A stretch of DNA of 63,736 nt, counting the filler, from Nemertoderma westbladi (taxonomy: Eukaryota > Animalia > Xenacoelomorpha), in the NCBI GenBank assembly GCA_032718475.1. It is 4 parts of 4 records of this genome, joined end to end, with 100 filler letters (N's around TTAATTAATTAA, not from the genome) between each part and the next. Parts side by side here need not be neighbours in the genome. Positions count along the whole stretch, not along the records: positions 1 to 29,040 come from JAUCBJ010002413.1; 3 more parts are not named here. One strand, written 5' to 3'. Positions 1 to 12,870 of this stretch are shown here, one piece after another. Below the pieces are notes generated by a model. The model saw only the letters and a program-made list of their open reading frames with translations. It was not told the origin of the DNA and ran no database searches. Each line of letters starts with the position of its first letter. Positions within the stretch are counted from its first letter, which is position 1. A program made the translations under genes and the position numbers.

Positions 1-428
1 GCCACTAAAATTTAGTTTCAATTTTTCCTGACATTTCCCTGACCTTTTAAAAAAATTCAATGACACTACCGGTAGACTACATTTTTATAGAATATATTAT
101 GGCCGCTTTACCTTATTCATTGCCGTTTTATTATATTCCAAACTAATTAACCCCCCCCCCCCCTCTCCCTATTGGTTGTGACGTAATTTTTGAACTATTA
201 GCCATAATTATGAAAGATTGAACAAATTATACTTTTTCAAAGAAACAAATTATACTTTTTCAAAGAAAAATACGAATAAGAAATATTTATTATTTCTGAA
301 ACTGAAACGTATTAATTATGGATTCTCTTCACATGCAGACTTTTTGAATATGGCCGTGGTATCATTATAACCGTCCACTGACAACTCACCCACAAGTTCA
401 GATATTTCAAATAAAGCAATTTACTAAC

Positions 429-2770
429 TATTGATTACGTCTTTCAGCGTGAGAGCCGAAAATGCTCTCTTTTCCCCCTTACCAGCCCAGTTGAATTTCT
501 TAGCTAAGGTGTTGTCGAACAAATGTTTCATCATCCGACGCGTGGTATCCTTAGCATTCGCTCCACCGATATTGCTAAGAGATTTAATCTGGTAAAAAAT
601 AAAAGTAAGAAAATTAAGTTTATAAGTTTGTATAAGTAATAGTTAGTGAGACTGAGAACTATGGAGTTGATGTAACCATCGAGCTTAACTACCGTATTTC
701 TTCGACTAAGAGCCTGGACGTTTAAATTCAAGAAAACAAGTTAAACAAATGAAATAATTCAAATAAAAACAGGACTACCGTTATTACAATGCAGCCTATT
801 ACAGCGGTACAACACCTCAGAGTTGGACAGGACACGGGCCGGTTTTTCACGGCCCGAGCCCGTTAATATATATTAATGATAAAATCGTGTGCTAGTGGCA
901 TCGCTCACTAATCGTGGCTCGCCCCACATTGTATTATTATTAAATGCCGGGGAGTTTATTCGGGGAAGGGGTTTAAGTTGCTAATTTGATGGTAAGGGGG
1001 GGTGGGGGGGGGGGGGGGTAGGTGGGGGGGATTAATAAAAACTTTAATATGACTTACCAAGTTTGATTTGAACTTGTCGTCATCATGTAATTGTTCTTCC
1101 AGCTCATTGACCTCTTCAATACGGCTCATGGGGAACTTTGGGATATAGCCTGATTCTGCTGCAGAGGAGTCGCCGTCTATGATTCTCTCAATATTAATAC
1201 CAAGTTCGACTTGTCGCTCCCCTTGCCTTTTCAGCTCCTGCTGAAGACACTCTAATTTGCTAAGAAGCTTCTTACCCAGAGCTAAAATTCAACAATTACA
1301 AATATTAATAAATATATATGAATATTTTTTAAGCCCCTCTTTTTTATTTTTAAGTCGGATTGAAATACGCCATGAAATAAAGTAACAGTATTCTAACTTG
1401 AATTGGTAACATTGTTTCAACGTATAATATTTAACACAAATACAATTATGTTCATTGTCGTTGAATTTTAACGTTGAGGAAACAGTAACATTTCAGAAAA
1501 ATTAAAACTAGTTATTGCAGTTGATTTGTTAACGTTACATAAACGCATAATATTCAACGCATACAGTTTAATGAATACAATACATACATTTAAATAACGC
1601 AAAATAAACTAGGCATCATGGTTAAAGTTCTTACATTGTATCAATATTAGTCCTTGATATAAAACTAAACTAGGAAACTAAAAGGCATGGTAGATTTTGT
1701 GGTAATTGTAAACTTGTAATAATGATGTATAAGGATGAACTTACACTCCATAATTAGCACGGGTGAGGTCGGATTATAATTGGCCAGATGTTGTTGTTGT
1801 TCAATGGGCGTCACGGCAATTATCTCAGCGTCTGATCCACCCCGAGTTCTTGGAGTGGTGTTTATACCTGTTGGTGGCGGTGTTGGAGGATCCGGTGCTC
1901 CAGGAAGTTCCATTTCACCATTAGTATCGTCGGATTCGCTATCGCTATCAAATCGTGGTGGGGGTCTATATCAAAATTAATATTAACGTTGATGTTACGG
2001 TAATAGAAAAATAGCATAAAAATTGATGAAAATGACGATTTAAAATGTTATGGGTGTGCACTGTGCAGTAGCCTCCTACTACAAGTAAAGACAAACATTT
2101 TGTTACATGCACTCTTAATGTTGAATACACATTGTATTTTCATATAGAATGTACCATAACTTTAAATTAAATTGAAAATTAAGTAGTTATATGTACAATT
2201 TATTTATAAAGTTTTATATATAAACTAAGTAGATATATATATATACAACAGAACATATAACCGTACTACCGGTAGTTAGGACTCCGGGAGGTTTAGACTA
2301 GGTTGAAGTGGGAGGAACAAAGACAGGCCTACCGGTATGGTAGGCCTATATATGATATCAGGATATAGGCAGACAACCAAATGGCTGAATGGTTCAGTAC
2401 CGCTAGCCTAATCATCTAACCTAACAGCTAACCTTGCATCACGTTTCCTTTTGCGATGATTGCCGGTAGTAGATTGTTGACCTCCTCCTTCGGACTCAAG
2501 CGCCCTATTGTTTTCAGCCCGTTTTTGGTATTTAATTACATCTCCATACGTGCAGCCTCTCCGTATGATAACAACTGGGTATAGGTCCCAATTCTTTTCT
2601 GGTTGGGTGTAATTTTTGATGGCATTCGATACATTTTTTGGAGGCCAATAGCATTCCGCAAGAGGTCGCTCATCCACATCATTTGTTTCGAGTATTCTAG
2701 TTAGCCATGTTTGTGGGACAGCGGCTAACGCATTATCCTCATCCACAAACTCGACAAGAGAATAATACAT
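429..2770 (-). CDS. Spliced DUF4806-type accessory gene of an EnSpm/CACTA-like transposon (exons 2770-2433, 1965-1745, 1281-1058, 588-429; last exon not located)
   Basis: The four exons join in frame at GT-AG sites. The N-terminus YSLVEF...VPQTWL...CYWPP and the C-terminal FPMSRIEEVNELEEQL...LSNIGG..KDTTRRMMKHLFDNTLAKKFNWAGKGEKRAFSALTL match my recollection of DUF4806 proteins. Confidence 0.85.
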
Positions 2771-3443
2771 TCAGTGTTTTGTTTATTATTATTACAGTAG
2801 AGTATTCAGGTCAGGTGATAGTTTCCCGTTTACCATTACCTACCGTTACCTGAATGTATACTGGTATATAGTATAGGTGTATACCGTAACTAATTAATAC
2901 ATTACCTGAACGCATACTGTATGTATACCGTACGGTACCGGTAACTAGGTCAAAAATTTTATATCGGTAGCCTACCGGTAGGCCTACTGCTTCTGCTACA
3001 ACAATCTGACAATGGTCCTTTACAGCCTTAACAATCAGACAATAGGCCTACAGGCGGACAAGATAAAATAAGAATGAAAATGCAGACAGACCAGCAGACA
3101 GATCTAAAATAAACTGATAAAAGCAGCCTCTGGTGTCTGGCCTCTCGGCCTAACCCCACGAACCCTCCATTTTTTCTTTAAAAAAATACCATGGTTTTGT
3201 TCAGCCTCTGGCTGCTGGTGGCTGGCAGGGGCAGCCTGGACCGGGCCCGCACATCCACACGGCACGACCAGAACTTCTCAATAAGCAAAAGGAAAAGGCT
3301 GAAAGGTGAAATGGCTAAGAAGAATTATATAGACCCGGTAGGGCCTACCGGTGCGGTGACCTGTAAAAGAGAAATAAATAAAAATGGCCCAAAAATATTC
3401 GGCAAACTCGTAAAGCAGCAAAGGTCACTAGTTTTCAACTAGG

Positions 3444-3719
3444 CTAGGCCTGTCTGCCTGTAGGCTTTAGGCAGCTAGGCCTACCACCGGTCCTGGGGCT
3501 GGAGCCATTGGTATTTCCATCATCTGAATGAAAAACTGGTACCGGTACTGGTACTATGATTGTCTCTGCATTTGTTTTGTCATTAGGGCTACCACTACCA
3601 GTAGTCGTACTACTGCTAGGCGTAATATCGGTAGACGATACAAACGCATTATCAATTATATTTTGCCATTCTTCATCCACGGCATTACTAAGTCTCCTCC
3701 TCTTTGTCCAATAAGACAT
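3444..3719 (-). pseudogene. Possible N-terminal remnant of the EnSpm-like transposase
   Basis: MSYWTKRRRLSNAVDEEW resembles the start of animal EnSpm-like transposases (from memory). It lies upstream of the DUF4806-type gene in the same orientation, and no catalytic region follows. Confidence 0.4.
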
Positions 3720-4232
3720 AACGCAACGGCCTGACGGTAGGCTAGCTAGAAAAGCCAGCAGGAAGCATATGCCAGTATAGTATGCAGTATGCGTACAAAA
3801 TACAACAGAATTCAACAGAGCTCTCTGCTCTGGCTGTCTGGCATAGCTCTGCAGCTCTGTACAGCTGTAGCTGGAGCTGCGCCGCTGAACTTCCGCACCA
3901 GTACAGTACTGCAGTACCGGTAGGCAGATAGACCTAAGTACTAAAGTATTGAAGTGACTGCAGACTGGTGAGCAACAAAAAGCAGAAATGCTGAAATGTG
4001 AACACAAGTACTGTTGCATATACTGATGTAGTAAGCAGCACATAACAGCATAAGGCAATAAGGGTATAAATAGAAGGCATGGCCTACTTTGCAAAATATG
4101 TAGTACATTTGGCTCTGCTATACAAGGTGATTTGATTTACCACATGTTGAGGTTGAATCTATAATGTTTAATATTTAACAGCAATTCAAACTACTGTAGT
4201 TATTGCAGTTGAAATGCTAAAATTGAATCAAA

Positions 4233-4990
4233 GTATAATATTTAACTCTTGCACACTGTGGAATTGTTGGTTGAATTGGTAACATTGTTTCAACGTATAA
4301 TATTTAACTCTTGCACACTGTGGAATTGTTGGTTGAATTGGTAACATTGTTTCAACGTATAATATTTAACTCTTGCACACTATGTAATTGTTGGTTGAAT
4401 TGGTAACATTGTTTCAACGTATAATATTTAACTCTTGCACACTGTGGAATTGTTGGTTGAATTGGTAACATTGTTTCAACGTATAATATTTAACTCTTGC
4501 ACACTGTGGAATTGTTGGTTGAATTGGTAACATTGTTTCAACGTATAATATTTAACTCTTGCACACTGTGGAATTGTTGGTTGAATTGGTAACATTGTTT
4601 CAACGTATAATATTTAACTCTTGCACACTGTGGAATTGTTGGTTGAATTGGTAACATTGTTTCAACGTATAATATTTAACTCTGGCACACTATGTAATTG
4701 TTGGTTGAATTGGTAACATTGTTTCAACGTATAATATTTAACTCTTGCACACTGTGGAATTGTTGGTTGAATTGGTAACATTGTATCAACGTATAATATT
4801 TAACTCTTGCACACTGTGGAATTGTTGGTTGAATTGGTAACATTGTTTCAACGTATAATATTTAACTCTTGCACACTGTGGAATTGTTGGTTGAATTGGT
4901 AACATTGTTTCAACGTATAATATTTAACTCTTGCACACTGTGGAATTGTTGGTTGAATTGGTAACATTGTATCAACGTATAATATTTAAC
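4233..4990. repeat. 62-bp tandem array, about 12 copies, subterminal in the EnSpm-like element
   Basis: Unit TTTAACTCTTGCACACTGTGGAATTGTTGGTTGAATTGGTAACATTGTTTCAACGTATAATA, near-identical copies. Confidence 0.97.
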
Positions 4991-5932
4991 AAAAATACAA
5001 TTATGTTCATAGTCGTTGAATTTTAACGTTGAGGAAACAGTAACATTTCAGAAAAATTAAAACTAGTTATTGCAGTTGATTTGTTAACGTTACACAAACG
5101 CATAATATTCAACGCATACAGAGTAAGTATTTTTGGTTTTATTATTAACAATATAATAACGTAATATAAATAACACAAGTAAAAATTTGGCATCATGGTT
5201 GAAGTTCTTACGTTGTATCAATGTTAGTCCTTGATATAAAACTAAAATAGGTATTTGTGGTTAAGTTCCTAACGTTGATGCAACATTTAAAGTTCAACTA
5301 AATAGCATGGTAGATTGTATGGTTGAATTGCTAAAGTTGCTATAACGTAATTTGCATAACGTTGGTTTGAGGCACAATTTGCAACTTCATATCAACGTAC
5401 ATAGAAGGTTTTAGTGGATTAAACTAATAATTTGTAATTTTGACAACCTTTATGCAACGTTGTTTCAACATTTACTCTGGGTTGAACTATACTACTAATA
5501 TTTTGTTTATTTTTCAACGTAACATCTACATTACAACACCGTTGAAAAAATACGCTAACCATTAATCAACGGTGTCAACCTTCTAACAACGTTGATTCAA
5601 CGTGTCCGTGTTGCCTGGGTAACGTGGTCTAACATTGACTGTAGCAAATTGGCCAGACCATGTCCTGTGCATCTTTGTGTGCAATAAATCTCTTAATCTG
5701 CACCACGCACCCCAAACCAAAGGAGCACAGAGGATTAATGAAAGGCAGAGGTATTAACAGGAAATTTGTGTTTTAAAAGTAATATATTTTTAGGTGTGGA
5801 GGCAACCAAATATGTAAAAATTATTAAAATATTAGTCGATAGTATTGATACTGAAATATTAATTTATAAGGTCAACACCTCAAATAAATTATTTAGCTAA
5901 TGATTCTAAAGAATATGATTAAATACTCCAGG

Positions 5933-7703
5933 CAAGGATGTTATTACGTTACGTTACGGTATCTTTTCAGGAATACAGTAGCTCAATATTTTTCCGTAAC
6001 GTAATAGCTTTTTCAATACCGTAACGTAATATTACTGTATATTTTTGCCGTAAACCGTAACGTAATAGCGTAATATTTGTTTTATCTACCAAGCAATCAT
6101 TTTGGACAAAAAAGTAAATCTTTCGACAAAAAAACTTTCACTTGAACGTTCTAGCTATTCAATATAACGTTAAATGCTTTTGGGTTTTGTTGGATAGTAC
6201 TAGATTGTGACAACAATCGAAAACAGGCGAAAACAAGCGAAAACAGTTGAAATGTAGGGAAAACAGACAAAAACAGTTAGATCGTTTAAAAATAATCATC
6301 CATGCATCCAGGTGAAAATAGATATTGAAGTTAACTTAGTGTAATAATAGATTTAAAATTTAGTGGCATTTATAATGTCGCTAACTTAAGATGACATTTT
6401 ACCCATAACCCATGTACAATAACACTGATTACCCGTTGATTATGGATTACTCCAGTGCGGCAGTAAGCCTACAGAGTAGAGTATTCAGTGAGTCAATTGT
6501 ACCGGCACCCGTACCGGCACCGATAGAAGAAGATGTGGAAGTACGAAGTTCCGGTATCTTCGCTTCCAGCGGTTTCGCCATTATCAGAACAAACAAAATC
6601 ATTTATTGCTGGAAATGAAATAGGCCTATGTGCTATGTATTTTACGTACCTAGTATCGTTCTTACAGACATGGAGTTCAACTTAGGCCTACTGTACTAGC
6701 TACTACTACAGTACTACTGTATAACAATCAATAAAGTGCATCTCTGCAATAATAATAAATTCAATATGGTACTTCCCAACCGGTACGGACACAGTAACTA
6801 CATCAGGTACCGGTACGGCAGTACGGGCACTGATATGAGCAGAGTTATTGTACATGGGTACGTCATCTTAAGTTAGCGACATTATAAATGCCACTAAATT
6901 TTAAATGTATTATTACACCTAGTTAACCTCAATTTCTATTTTCACCTGGATGCATGGATGATTATTTTTAAACGATCTAACTGTTTTCGACTGTTTTCTC
7001 TAAATTCCAACTGTTTTCGCTTGTTTTCGCCTGTTTTCGACTAGTACTCGATCTAGTACTATCCGGTTTTGTTTATCTGTACACGGTATCCTTATAGCCA
7101 GCTTCCTGGCTTCTCCAGTTATTTATGTTGAAGTTTTAATTAATAATTAATTTATAGTTAAATTAAGTTATAATTAAACATTAAGTTTTAATTAATGTTA
7201 AGCTAACTAGGGCTACTGACTGAACTATTTATACTGAGTCTCTGCTCTACCAGCTGTAGCCTATAACAACGCAGTATGCTGCAATGGTATAGATCATAGA
7301 TTTACAGGACAGTAGGTAGGTATGGTAGGCCTACCTACAGGGCTACCGCTACCTGTTTGTCTTATTATGACAACCTATTACAACACAAGCCAAGCCGTTC
7401 TACCAATTTAAAGTTATTTTTATGGTTAAGTTAATTTGCAATTTCAAAACATTGAAACTATAATTTTCTGATTTTCAGACAAAATTAGGATGAAACTTTA
7501 AATATCTCTTTGTGGTCCTATGGAATCTGAACCGGTTATTACGTTACGGTATTTTCGGTAATACGCAATTATTTTTTTCGGAATACAGTAACGTAATGTA
7601 ATTTGGAAATTATTCCGCAATGTAATATCGTAACGTAAAAAGTTCAGTTTTTCAACCGTAACGTAACGTAATACAGTAATGTAACGTAACGTAAACATCC
7701 TTG
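5933..7703. mobile_element. Non-autonomous hAT-like element
   Basis: TIRs CAAGGATGTT..TACGTTACGTTAC / GTAACGTAACGTAAACATCCTTG, with GTAAC subterminal repeats. The flanks ACTCCAGG and ACTCTCAGG look like a degenerate 8-bp TSD. Confidence 0.75.
6192..7064. mobile_element. MULE/foldback-type MITE nested in the hAT-like element
   Basis: About 220-bp imperfect TIRs starting GGATAGTACTAGAT. Perfect 9-bp TSD GGTTTTGTT at 6183-6191 and 7065-7073. Confidence 0.9.
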
Positions 7704-8027
7704 ACTCTCAGGCAATCATTTTGCTAGAAAAATAAATAATAAGCAAGCTGGCTTATTAGTCACTTTACACTAGTAGTGCCGGCCTTGTCTATGTCCTATA
7801 GATGTAATTACGCGTTGCCTAATAGTGATGAGATTTGGACTGGTTCCAACTAATAGCCAATAGTTAGTATGCCAACGAAGGAGGGAGCTATAGCTGGAGA
7901 CGGGGCATTTTAATAAATTAATTACGTTTAGATCAATTAAAAACACATTTCTTAAAGCAAATCACTTGAACTAATTAAAAACTATAATGAAATGGGGTAC
8001 GGGGATTACAGCTGTATAACTTTTAAG

Positions 8028-9055
8028 CAGAGACAGAATACGATACGATACGATACGACGATACGATACGATACGATACAAACCAATGTTTACGATACGA
8101 TATGATACGATACGACGATACGATACGATACGATACGATACGATACAAACCAATGTTTACGATACGATACGATACGATACGATACAAACCAATGTTTAAG
8201 ATACGATACGATACTCTTGAAATTTTGAGGAATTACGATACGATTCGAAATACGAAACAATTTCGTATGTTTTTCCTATCGTATTTTATCTAAGAGTTGA
8301 TAAAATATTGGGATTTTATATTATTACACTTAGAAAATCATATAAATATCTATATAATAGGCAAATATATTTTATTTCAATGTTCCAGTCCAGTATGCTT
8401 GCTACAGCAATAGTGTGTCTACTGGCTACAACATCCCATATGGACGTTATGCAACACGGCCCAATAGTAGGCGTTTCCATATTACCCTGCCACTTTATGT
8501 ATACTGTACTGCTTTACCTATATACCTACTGCCGTTATATATAGAATGATGACTGTGCATTATTACCAATATTGAAAAAAAATTCAAAACTTCAATTTCC
8601 AAGTCAAACTAATACTAGAATAAAACTATGTTTTATTTCAAAATAAATGTATTATTTTTTATTCTCTCACTAGAAAGACGTCAAGGCCTTGTACAGTAGG
8701 CGCGATTAGAGTTATCCTCGTTCAACTGTAATTAGATTATATTTTATCATTTTTCTACGATTAACGATCCTCATTTGTTACAATTTCATTGACATGGGTA
8801 ATAAAACTGTAAGCTGAAACCTAATTTATTCACATGTAAAGAAATAAGTGGTGTGATCTCTGGTTTGTCTGTTAAAAACATGAATATTTACAAAATAATA
8901 AGATAAGAAAATCCGATACGAAATACGAAAAATATTTTTTCGTATTTTACGATACAAAGTCAATTTTTATAATCCGATACGAAATTCGATACGTATAAAA
9001 TACTGCGATACGAAATACGAAAATCCGTTTACGTATCGTATCGTATCCGTCCCTT
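8028..9055. mobile_element. hAT-type MITE with a (CGATA)n subterminal microsatellite
   Basis: Imperfect TIRs CAGAGACAGAATACGATACG / CGTATCGTATCCGTCCCTT. Perfect 8-bp TSD CTTTTAAG at 8020-8027 and 9056-9063. Confidence 0.88.
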
Positions 9056-9646
9056 CTTTTAAGTATAATTATTTATATCTTATAATAATAATTACAATTA
9101 ATTTCCAATAATTATCCAATAATAGACAATATAATACAACAATTATAGAACATTTATTTTTTTTTAAATTATACGATTATAATTTTAGCTAGTTTCCATA
9201 GCAATATGCGAAAATTAACAATAAACTAAATAAATTTTAGTTTGAAAAGGTTTCCTTCCGTATATTTATTAAATACCAAACCTTATACTAACTACGGTAT
9301 GTAGCACAAATACTGGATGTTCAATATTTATGTTCTAGAACATATTTATTTTGTTCTAGAACATTTTATTTAAACTAACTAGTTGTCGCTACTTTTTAAT
9401 CTCCTAGAACAAGTTCGTTATCAATTAAGGTTCTAGAACACTTTGTTTTACTGGAACATTAAAAATAAATTAAATATTATATTGATCGTTTATACAAACC
9501 GAATAAATAAAAACAGCTAGTAAATAATTACTGGCTACGCTGACTATCTAATAACAATTACTGGCGCTGTAATACTTATTAGTACTTTAGCAATTTAGCG
9601 GCAATTTACTTTATTTTATCTTTTAGATTCAATAATCCCCCTAACA

Positions 9647-10505
9647 ATGGCGCCGATCCAGGACCTCAAAATGATCCCGGGTACCGAGGAGGTTGTCTTT
9701 GTGTCTTTCAACCTCCCCTGTATCATAAACTCAACAACTCTCTACGAAAAGGAAGATCTACCAGGATCCGGAGGTTCTACCGATTACTGGAGAGTCGCGG
9801 TTTCTTCGGACGGGAACCGCGTTGCCTCGGGAAGCTGGATTGTGGGGGGGTCGATGATTGTCTGGGAGCGGGAAGCGACCGGTTGGAGGGTCGTAGTGAA
9901 GGTACCGTGGGAGGTGTTAGTGGTTGGTGGGTGGGGGGCGGGTCCATGGAGGGAGGGAATAGATATAAATCCCTCCAACCGGGACGTCATTGCAATATGT
10001 GGGTACAAAGGGGGGATTTCTATTATATCAATAACTGGTAGGAAATATAAGGTTACGAACTGGGTGGGGCATTCTGGGTTGGTTAACTGTATTCGGTTCA
10101 ACTCGAACGGGTCCCGGTTGGCCAGCTGTTCGGATGATAGAACAGTAAAAGTTTGGGTGACCGGAACCCGGGAGATGTTGTACCAATACCGGGGGCACAG
10201 TGGGAGGGTCTACAGTCTGGGTTGGGGTCCGGATGGGAAGTCAGTGGTGTCGGTAGGTGACGGAGGAGGGATCCATCGCTTCGTTGTTGGTACAGGGGAG
10301 ACCTTGTGGAGACAGGAAGCAACTCCTGAGGTCCGGAAGATCGTATTGAGTCCGAACGGATCCAGAATCGCTGCTGTTGGGTGGAACCCCGGGTTGATTT
10401 ATATTCTAAATTCTGTAACTGGGGAGGTTATCAACCGGATTGAAGGAACGGGGAGCGGCATCGGTGCTGTCGATTTCTGTAAAGATGACCGCCATATCAT
10501 TACAG
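9647..10505 (+). CDS. Coding exon 1 of the WD40-Roc-COR-CARD gene: WD40 beta-propeller, 6-7 blades
   Basis: WD repeats such as GHSGLVNCIRFNSNGSRLASCSDDRTVKVW and GHSGRVYSLGWGPDGKSVVSVGDGGGI. The exon ends mid-blade (HIIT-G) at the donor AG|GTAAT, phase 1. Confidence 0.92.
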
Positions 10506-11120
10506 GTAATTAATTAATAGACCTCTTTTATTAAAACACGTTAAATTAATTAATTAGGCCTAGGGTATAATTCATTACCGTACCACGTACCATAGTAAGT
10601 AATAATCATTATAACACTTAAATGAATTAATTACATTAATTATTATTATTTAATTTTATTTTATTTAATTAATAATTTACTTACCGATATGATGCGGATT
10701 AACTGAACATTACCTTCACTGCCTCCTGCCAATATTGGGTACCATGGGAACGAAATTTAAATTGTGTAATATCAGAATATAGACGACCGGAACTGAAAAT
10801 CAGAAGTTATTACAACATAGTCCCTGTAGTCGGATAGTTTTAGGTGCAGTTTGGTTCCGGTAAATGTAACATAAAAATAAACTAATAAACCAGCAATTAG
10901 CTTAATAATATTATGTATTCAGTTACCCTGTTAGGTTGTTTGTTATTGGTTTGTATCAAAGGCGTTTTAACCAACTGGTAGTTCTACTTAAATAAACAAA
11001 CTATAATGGTACCAATAGGCGTACCGGTACTGCAATGCAGTAAAGTAACTGTACAGAGAATACAACCGGTAATGTATAATAAAAACTTTCATTATTAGGT
11101 CTGCCATACAGTCCCATTAC

Positions 11121-11608
11121 TTAGGCATACAACAAAGGCTTATTATAATATATACTACCTTGCTCGCCATAGTTAGTTAGTTAGGCATACAACAAAGGCT
11201 TATTATAATATATACCACCTTATTGCTCGCCATAGTTAGTTAGTTAGGCATACAACAAAGGCTTATTATAATATATACCACCTTGCTCGCCATAGTTAGT
11301 TAGTTAGGCATACAACAAATGCTTATTATAATATATACCACCTTGCTCGCCATAGTTAGTTAGTTAGGCATACAACAAAGGCTTATTATAATATATACCA
11401 CCTTGCTCGCCATAGTTAGTTAGTTAGGCATACAACAAAGGCTTATTATAATATATACCACCTTGCTCGCCATAGTTAGTTAGTTAGGCATACAACAAAT
11501 GCTTATTATAATATATACCACCTTGCTCGCCATAGTTAGTTAGTTAGGCATACAACAAAGGCTTATTATAATATATTCCACCTTGCTCGCCATAGTTAGT
11601 TAGTTAGG
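11121..11608. repeat. 60-bp tandem array, about 8 copies
   Basis: Unit TTAGGCATACAACAAAGGCTTATTATAATATATACCACCTTGCTCGCCATAGTTAGTTAG. It lies just beyond the 3' end of the adjacent LINE fragment. Confidence 0.96.
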
Positions 11609-11742
11609 TAGCGCCTGGAGAGCTATATTTCAAATTATTACGAATTATGTCACAAATTAAATATCACAAATTCAATATCCAGTATGTTACAGGAAAACGT
11701 AGAAAATCAAAATAATATCAAAATAATATTAATCAAAATCAT

Positions 11743-12870
11743 TTAAACAATTCTAGTAATTCGTAAATATATGTACAGAGGGTATGAGTCACCTTTAAAA
11801 AGAGTATTCAAGCGCCCGGCAAAATAGAGAGTCTGGTATTTTAAACATAAATCTTTTGAGAGTGGGCACACACATAAAACGTGCAACTCATCTTGTACAG
11901 AGGTGTTGTCACAGATACAAGTTCTGTCCAATCGTGGTATCCTGGACCACCGGCCGGTTTCTATACGCAGTCTATGACTCATTAATCTGACTCGGGTAAA
12001 AGCAGCGCGGTGATAATCCGGAATATACGGTTTGGCAGATTTGTATATCGGGCATACAGACAAGTCGCTGTTTAAAACAGAACGGTATGTAAAAAACTTT
12101 GTAGCGGATTCTGGTTTGTTTATAACACGGGATTTTACTATACTGCTAGTGAATAAATTGAACGAGGCTTAGTACAACAAATTATAACCCGGGCTATTTG
12201 CCGATTTGCAAAGTTGGAATGCCTGATTAATCGGTGTATCGGGATCGCTATGAAGTATTTTCATATAAAATTGCTTCCTACATTTAATTATACGTTCTAG
12301 AATGGTTGGTAGCCCTAATTCGATCAGACAGATGTCGGTAGGAGTTTGATATCTAACACCTGCTAATGTCTTTACCATACGTACGTAAAATTAAAATTTC
12401 TCGATAATTTTAAAGTCGTTAGTCAACCAGGACTCTGAAGCGTACAGTAAAGAGGATAACACGGCCGATTCTAGGACTTGCCTTTTAAAAGCAAACGGCA
12501 TGGTCTGGTTAACTGCACAAAATATACCGTATTTATTAGCGGTTTCTTCCAGTTTTGGTTCTAAAAGTTTAAACATATATAAGATATAAGTATAAATATA
12601 TAAGATTTAATTGTTCCGTCATCTGTGAAAATTGACCCCAAATAATTATAATAAGCACAATAATTTATCACCATACCGTTAGATATTATAGGTGTACGGT
12701 CAGCAGAATTACCATTTATAACCAAAAATTTCGTCTTTTTCTTAATAATTTACATTCCGGATATATTACAAAATTCAACTAACTTATCTACTTTTTTTCT
12801 GAAGGCTACCCCTTGATGCTGCTATAGTAATACTGTATCGTCCATTAGTAATAATATGTGTATTGCACCA
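11743..12870 (-). mobile_element. 5'-truncated, frameshifted non-LTR retrotransposon (ORF2 3' half; clade uncertain, RTE-X/L2-like)
   Basis: RT catalytic motif HILLLMDDTVLL near 12840, then SSLLYASESW and the C-terminal RLMSHRLRIETGRW..RTCIC..QDELHVLCVCP. Confidence 0.88.

Larger units (their letters stand above)
429..5619 (-). mobile_element. EnSpm/CACTA (CMC)-like DNA transposon, internally deleted; the other end was not found and may lie outside the window
   Basis: The - strand starts CCCAGGCAACAC at 5619 (CCCAG-type terminus). It is followed by many ACGTTG/CAACGT subterminal motifs, a 62-bp array, a transposase-like start and the DUF4806-type gene. Confidence 0.7.

Noticed and set aside
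7498-8293. Short ORFs rich in VSYRI, IRYDT and TLRY
   Set aside because: They are translations of MITE subterminal microsatellites.
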